From: Candidatus Heimdallarchaeota archaeon
GTDB taxonomy: Archaea > Asgardarchaeota > Heimdallarchaeia > Heimdallarchaeales > Heimdallarchaeaceae
DNA: 32,000 bases
Direction: 5' to 3'
Assembly (NCBI GenBank): GCA_030668875.1
Contig: DAOVER010000006.1
Location: 1-32,000 of the forward strand
Shown: positions 27,066 to 32,000 of the stretch, piece by piece
Numbering within the stretch: position 1 is the first letter of the stretch
Layout of the letters: every line of letters starts with the position of its first letter
Made by a program: the position numbers and the translations under genes
The notes under the pieces: model-generated
The model's database searches: none
Told to the model about the DNA's origin: nothing
Seen by the model: the letters and a program-made list of their open reading frames with translations, nothing else

Positions 27066-27458
27066 ATGCGATCCCAAAAACAGAAGAATTCTTCACGAGG
27101 AAAGAGAAAATCTAGAAAGAGAAAATCATTAGTTCTTTCACCTGAAGAGGTCAAAGATAAAGTAATCTGGTTACTAGAAAAAGCCAATCAACTTATTCTG
27201 GAAGATTATGAATTAGCTCAAGAATATGCTGAGCGTTCCCGAAGAATTCAAATGAGAACCAGAATCAAATTCCCTTCTCAATGGAAGAAACGATTCTGTA
27301 AGCACTGCAAAATTTTTCTCTATCCAGGCATAAATTGTCAAGTAAGACTTTCTTCCACGAATAAGGTTATTGCAATAAAATGCTCTGAGTGTAACGGATA
27401 CACACGAATACCATACTACCAAAGAACGGAGAAATACAATGAAGGATTCAATCGATAA
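27066..27458 (+). CDS. rnp4: Ribonuclease P protein component 4 (Rpp21)
   Basis: ELAQEYAE, KRFCKHC..LYPG.N..VR, IKCSECNGYTRIPY. Confidence 0.9.
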   Translation: MRSQKQKNSSRGKRKSRKRKSLVLSPEEVKDKVIWLLEKANQLILEDYELAQEYAERSRRIQMRTRIKFPSQWKKRFCKHCKIFLYPGINCQVRLSSTNKVIAIKCSECNGYTRIPYYQRTEKYNEGFNR

Positions 27459-27681
27459 GATACGCCATGAGCCTCCGAAAATAAGAATTGGAAAAAATGG
27501 TATAACGGAGGGGATTGTACAAGAAGTGAATATGCTTCTTAAGAGATATCAAATAGTGAAGATTAAGTGTCTAAAAGCGGTCCCAAATGAGGCCACAAAA
27601 GCTATAGCAGATAATATTGCCAAGTTAACTAAAAGTACGATTGCTGATGTAAGAGGGAAAACATTTATTCTAATACGATAA
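27439..27681 (+). CDS. YhbY/CRM-domain RNA-binding protein
   Basis: P.IRIGKNGIT, IVKIKCLK, VRGKTFIL; follows rnp4. Confidence 0.9.
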   Translation: MKDSIDKIRHEPPKIRIGKNGITEGIVQEVNMLLKRYQIVKIKCLKAVPNEATKAIADNIAKLTKSTIADVRGKTFILIR

Positions 27682-27717
27682 ACTGATTATCATAATTAAT
27701 AATTTGGAGAAAGAACA

Positions 27718-28620
27718 TTGGTCTACATTTTTCTATGCATAGATTTTGATAGAGACGCTGCGTTTCCAGCACTTGGACATAAACATGCAGTTAGTAAAAA
27801 GAGGCAAACTGAATTGCAAGACATTCTTACAGACCCAGAAAAATCAGCAGAGATTCAAGGCTCAATCGAAGGATTTGATCAAATTTTATCATTTCTCATA
27901 CAAAGGAAACTTCCTACAGTCTTCTATTTCGAAGCACGAACTATAGATCTTATCTCTAAAAGGTATCCAGAGTTTCTCAAAAGATTAAATCAATCTTTTT
28001 TCGAAATGGGTGCACATGGATATGACCATGAAGATTTGATTGGTAAAGAAACAGGAATTCCTTTGGAAAAAAAAGAGGAATTCAATCTTATCAAAAAGGC
28101 AAAGGAAAGGATTGAGGAATTGTTTTCAACAAAAATTATTGGGTTTAGAGCCCCTTATATGCGACTATCTGAGAACACACAAAAAATCTTGATGGATTTG
28201 GATTTTGTATATGATAGCTCTATCTATCAAGAATCAGATGAGGCAATTATTCCTTATTTAGACGAATATGGGGCGATAGAATTTCCAGTAATTAAGACTC
28301 CAAAAGAGAGTTTAATGAAAGGCATGTATACATACCTTTGGCCTCTTTTTGAAGGAAAACGGGGAATAAAAGAAATTGTAAGCAATTATATTCAACTGAT
28401 TCATAACTCTACTGAAGACAATTCATATATCTCCATCAATCTTCATTCATGGCATTTTGCATATAATGTTGAACAAAACTGTTACCTGTCCCAAAAAGAA
28501 ATTCGCAAGAATACGGAATTTCTAATTAAACTTATCACAAAACTAGAAGAGATAGAAGGAGTTCGCTTCTCTACCCCAAAACTTTGGTTAGAGGAAAATG
28601 AATTACTTAGAAAGACGTAA
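27718..28620 (+). CDS. Polysaccharide deacetylase (CE4/NodB) family protein
   Basis: IDFD, EMGAHGYDH, GFRAPY, YDSS, NLHSW. Confidence 0.85.
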   Translation: MVYIFLCIDFDRDAAFPALGHKHAVSKKRQTELQDILTDPEKSAEIQGSIEGFDQILSFLIQRKLPTVFYFEARTIDLISKRYPEFLKRLNQSFFEMGAHGYDHEDLIGKETGIPLEKKEEFNLIKKAKERIEELFSTKIIGFRAPYMRLSENTQKILMDLDFVYDSSIYQESDEAIIPYLDEYGAIEFPVIKTPKESLMKGMYTYLWPLFEGKRGIKEIVSNYIQLIHNSTEDNSYISINLHSWHFAYNVEQNCYLSQKEIRKNTEFLIKLITKLEEIEGVRFSTPKLWLEENELLRKT

Positions 28621-30915
28621 AATGTTTTCCTTTACTTCTTTTACACAAGAATCAGCAAGAATCTTCTGTTTGCTTCTAACTACTGTCGGTTCTACCATAA
28701 TATTATACCATTCATCTTTATTTTCATTAGTAATTGCAGATATCTGTCCATCACTAAAGATAGCAAAAAGTTGATCTTTCAATTCAGAAGAGAGGTTTTT
28801 TTGAAAGTACTGTTCATAAATCAGAAGATTGAGCATGTTGTAGATATCATCTACAAATTTCTTTTCCCCAGACATATGTACAGCACCCTTACCTGGTACT
28901 ATGTTTACAAGAGATTTTGTCAATACCTGAAAGGGTAATGGTTTGTTAGTTTTCGCTAAGGGGATGTGTGCAATCTGATTTGTTCTAAAATCATACAGAT
29001 TGTATATTTTTTTGTTCATTATTTTCGTATAATATTGTATTAATTCAGAATTTAGAACGCCTAAGAGGTAAAACCAACTGAATTTGTTCAAATATTCATC
29101 CTTTATTACTAATGTTATTACATCTGTTTCATAAATCGTAGAAGGTGTTTCTTCAGTTATGATAGCAAATCTGTTTTTATTAGCTTGGTAGGGACAGATA
29201 ATATTAGGTCTGTTCTCAATCAATGATAGGGAGCGATAAGCTACATAATCATAATAGTTTGGTAATCCATACTTCTTTTGTTTTTTTTCTAATAAGTGTT
29301 TGAATGAGTTCAAATAGGATTGTAAATTTGGATACTGACCTATGTCTTGATTTTTTAAGTAGATCCAAAATTGTTCTCGTTGGTTCCAATTAAAACGTTC
29401 AATATCACTACTTTTAACTAGCCTTCGGAGGCAAGTTTTCTCTTCTTGGTTAAGCTTTATTGTTCTGTTATTAGCTCCTTTGAACGTTGAATCATTGATT
29501 TTCGTTAAACGAAAAATCTTATTGCTTCCCGTAGAACAACCTTTACCTATGAAGCATATTCCCTCAAAAATCTGATTTTTTTTATCATCACCTAGTCTAA
29601 ACTTGACATTCTCTTCCATATCAGAAATTAAAGATGATTTCTCGAATATCCACTTGTCATTAGCAAGATTGGAATGTGCAAACTTGATATGGTGAAACTT
29701 CTTTTTGTCTATAGTAGTAATTTGATTGGTATGGTTTAAAATGAAAACTTGAACGGTTCCTTCTACAACAGGTTTTTTTCCTATAGTAATAATAGCTGTA
29801 TCCACTCCCAATTTAATCTCAGTTTGATTAAATAGAGTCCGGTTGCTACGAAAATCAATCACTTCTATTATTGTTGATTTATCTACAAGAAACTCTCTTA
29901 ATCTTGAGCTATCGCTCCCTTCTATCCAGTATCTAGGGCTAATAAAAGAGATAATTCCCCCATCTTTACAAAGGTTGACACTTCTCTCCCAGAAAATATT
30001 AGAAAGATCTCCATTTGAATTGTAAGTAGCATATAATTTCGAATATATTTTCCTCTCTGTGAGTTCAATGCGTTTTACGTTAATATATGGAGGATTACCT
30101 ACAATAATATCAAATCCCCCATTCTGTCGCACATCTGGAAAAGCATGTGACCAGTGGATTTCTTCCGCACATCCCCGCATCCATCTTTGTACTGGTTCCT
30201 TCTCATTATCTTTAAACTTTGATACCACAAAACGACCAAAATCAAGTCTTATTAACTTTTTAATCCTTTCATTAAGTTCTGTAAATTCAAATCCAAGTAA
30301 GGAATTTCCAAGCTTTAAATTAGGAGAAGGTAAAAGCACTTTTTCTCTCTGTAAATAGTGGAAAGCTTTTTCAATCAGTTTCAATCCTGCTAGTTCTACA
30401 GATTCTGGTGAAAGATCTACACCGAATATATTGTTCTGAATAATTGAGTTGACTATGAAAGATACCTGTTCATATCCCTTCAAACTTTTGTCTTTCTGAG
30501 AACTATGGATTCCAATATTAATTATTTTGAAACAACTTTGATACAAATCAAATAAAATGTCAAATGCTTTAAGTAAGAAGACTCCCCAACCCATGGATAA
30601 ATCACAGATAGAAAAGTCAGGCAATATCGTCTCTAATAGATAAATTGCCTTATCTGCATCACTTTCAGTAATAAATTCATGAATGGAAAATGAGGGAGAA
30701 GTTGTATCAAGATGTTTGTTCAGAAGATATCCAATCCTAGTAAAAATCGCATTTGTTACCATGTATTCTGCTATAAAATCAGGGGTGTAAAAACAACCTA
30801 GATCCCGTTTAACTGTCCCTTCAAGAGATGTCCGTAAATTTCGTTCCATTCTTGTGATGGATTCTTTTACTTGAGTAAACTCATAAGATTTGATTGAGTT
30901 TTTCACAGACATCAT
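28603..30915 (-). CDS. N6-adenine DNA methyltransferase, gamma/Eco57I-M.TaqI type, with C-terminal target-recognition domain
   Basis: GCFYTP, motif I-like CDLSMGWGVFL, IFGVDLS, motif IV IVGNPPY; TaqI_C-like tail; no nuclease domain seen. Confidence 0.85.
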   Translation of the reverse strand: MMSVKNSIKSYEFTQVKESITRMERNLRTSLEGTVKRDLGCFYTPDFIAEYMVTNAIFTRIGYLLNKHLDTTSPSFSIHEFITESDADKAIYLLETILPDFSICDLSMGWGVFLLKAFDILFDLYQSCFKIINIGIHSSQKDKSLKGYEQVSFIVNSIIQNNIFGVDLSPESVELAGLKLIEKAFHYLQREKVLLPSPNLKLGNSLLGFEFTELNERIKKLIRLDFGRFVVSKFKDNEKEPVQRWMRGCAEEIHWSHAFPDVRQNGGFDIIVGNPPYINVKRIELTERKIYSKLYATYNSNGDLSNIFWERSVNLCKDGGIISFISPRYWIEGSDSSRLREFLVDKSTIIEVIDFRSNRTLFNQTEIKLGVDTAIITIGKKPVVEGTVQVFILNHTNQITTIDKKKFHHIKFAHSNLANDKWIFEKSSLISDMEENVKFRLGDDKKNQIFEGICFIGKGCSTGSNKIFRLTKINDSTFKGANNRTIKLNQEEKTCLRRLVKSSDIERFNWNQREQFWIYLKNQDIGQYPNLQSYLNSFKHLLEKKQKKYGLPNYYDYVAYRSLSLIENRPNIICPYQANKNRFAIITEETPSTIYETDVITLVIKDEYLNKFSWFYLLGVLNSELIQYYTKIMNKKIYNLYDFRTNQIAHIPLAKTNKPLPFQVLTKSLVNIVPGKGAVHMSGEKKFVDDIYNMLNLLIYEQYFQKNLSSELKDQLFAIFSDGQISAITNENKDEWYNIMVEPTVVRSKQKILADSCVKEVKENILRLSK

Positions 30916-31111
30916 TAATGTTAACTATAATTCCTTTTTCTCTCTTTCGCATAAGAACTTAATTTTGACATTAAAGTATCCTTTTTTAGTAAAATGAGAA
31001 TTTAGAACATAATAATGCTGGACTATTTTATTAACAATAGATTGAACAAACAACAAAAGATATTGTATATGAATTTCATAGGGCGGAAACAATCGCATTA
31101 TCAAACATGAA

Positions 31112-31516
31112 TTAATGTTTTGAGAGTATTCTACCGATTTTTTCTGTAGCGCGTTGCATATCCAAAAAGAGCAGTCCAAGTTTTGTATCAGTTGTTGCAC
31201 TAACTGTTAGAACCGCATCTTCACCTGCTTGCATTGTAACAATTACACCATAGTCACCTTCAATGAAAATTTTCTTAAGCAAGCCCTTATTGAGTTCTGT
31301 TGCGACTCTTTCTCCTAGAGAAAGCATTGCTGCAGTCATTGCAGAGAATCTTGTTTCTTCGACATTTTCTAGAACCAAAGAAACTATTGGAAGACCTTCC
31401 AACGATACAATAGCAACATCAACAATTCCTGCTGATCTGAATCTTAATTCATTTATACACTCCATTAATTCTTTACTAACAGAATCAAGTCCATATTGAG
31501 CACTAAATATTGACAA
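31112..31516 (-). CDS. Roadblock/LC7 (MglB/LAMTOR-like) domain protein
   Basis: AIVSLEGLPI, FSAMTAAMLSLGER, IFIEGDYG, AVLTV, LGLLFLDM; TTG start with GGTGA SD. Confidence 0.92.
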   Translation of the reverse strand: MSIFSAQYGLDSVSKELMECINELRFRSAGIVDVAIVSLEGLPIVSLVLENVEETRFSAMTAAMLSLGERVATELNKGLLKKIFIEGDYGVIVTMQAGEDAVLTVSATTDTKLGLLFLDMQRATEKIGRILSKH

Positions 31517-31604
31517 CTTATTTCACCAATCTATTCATTATATAGTATGAAAGAATAAAAACTCAACAATAATATAAAGACAATATGCTCGTATTATATA
31601 CGTA

Positions 31605-32000
31605 TTATTTAATTTTGTCTTTGATTTGATTCGCTATTTTTGAAATGGTTTCTTTGCGCTCTGTGGTATCGAGAGACAGATACAAAGATTCTTTTGGAGA
31701 GGCCATTTTCAATATTTCATTTGTCGTTGAAGGTTGGTTCCTATTGATTGCTCTGTAGTTATCAATAGCACGGAAGTAAACATCGGGATCATAAATGATA
31801 ATCGACCCAGGTCCTAAAAGCAGAATTATATTAGACTCTCTTACACACCATGCAGGGTGAGCTGAATCATTAAAACCTTCAATTACAACTAAATCTGAAT
31901 TGTTTTTCAGATAATCAAAAGAGGTTTGAATAGAATCAGCATAATATTTACTATTCAAAGAATAATACTCGGGATCATTTTTGAAAGATTTTATTTCATT
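31605..32000 (-). CDS. C-terminal part of a probable P-loop NTPase (dethiobiotin synthetase/COG4028-like); starts beyond the window
   Basis: Frame is open to the window edge; DLVVIEG Walker-B-like strand. Family call is tentative. Confidence 0.4.
   Translation of the reverse strand, partial: NEIKSFKNDPEYYSLNSKYYADSIQTSFDYLKNNSDLVVIEGFNDSAHPAWCVRESNIILLLGPGSIIIYDPDVYFRAIDNYRAINRNQPSTTNEILKMASPKESLYLSLDTTERKETISKIANQIKDKIK

Noticed and set aside
27066-27125. Basic RGKRKSRKRK N-terminus of Rpp21 as an NLS-like innovation
   Set aside because: Basic N-termini are common in archaeal RNA-binding proteins; nothing specific can be supported.
30925-31200. 91-aa minus-strand ORF between the roadblock gene and the methyltransferase
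   Set aside because: Overlaps the roadblock gene out of frame; the remainder is AT-rich intergenic/promoter-like sequence.

Overview
AT-rich archaeal genomic window, most likely from an Asgard (Heimdallarchaeia-like) archaeon. That assignment is inferred from archaeal Spt5/SecE/uL11, Lsm-eL37, Rpp21-YhbY, BHB-intron tRNA, form III RuBisCO and a roadblock protein. Positions 1-~5.6 kb are accessory DNA: the 5' end of a tnpB gene, ~2 kb of mostly non-coding DNA rich in hairpins and short tandem repeats, and a co-directional 7-gene operon. The operon is headed by an IS91/ISCR-like HUH (Y1) rolling-circle transposase/Rep and carries a DEDDh exonuclease plus five small proteins (three Cys-rich). 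A stem-loop whose 9-nt loop contains CTTG|AT sits where an IS91-type oriIS would be expected. This putative rolling-circle element is the most interesting thing in the window; its boundaries cannot be fixed from sequence alone. The rest (5.7-32 kb) is mostly housekeeping: beta-CASP nuclease, spt5, secE, rpl11, lsm, rpl37e (absent from the ORF track), four tRNAs (one with two introns), a helical-repeat/Ig/coiled-coil protein, aconitase X pair, EndoIII-like glycosylase, ZPR1, PHP hydrolase, ADP-forming acyl-CoA synthetase, nep1, lipB-lipA, R15P isomerase and RuBisCO split by a 2.2 kb insert, an FtsZ with a variant signature, rnp4, yhbY, a polysaccharide deacetylase, an orphan N6-adenine methyltransferase and a roadblock protein. 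All calls come from motif recognition by eye; no database searches were run.
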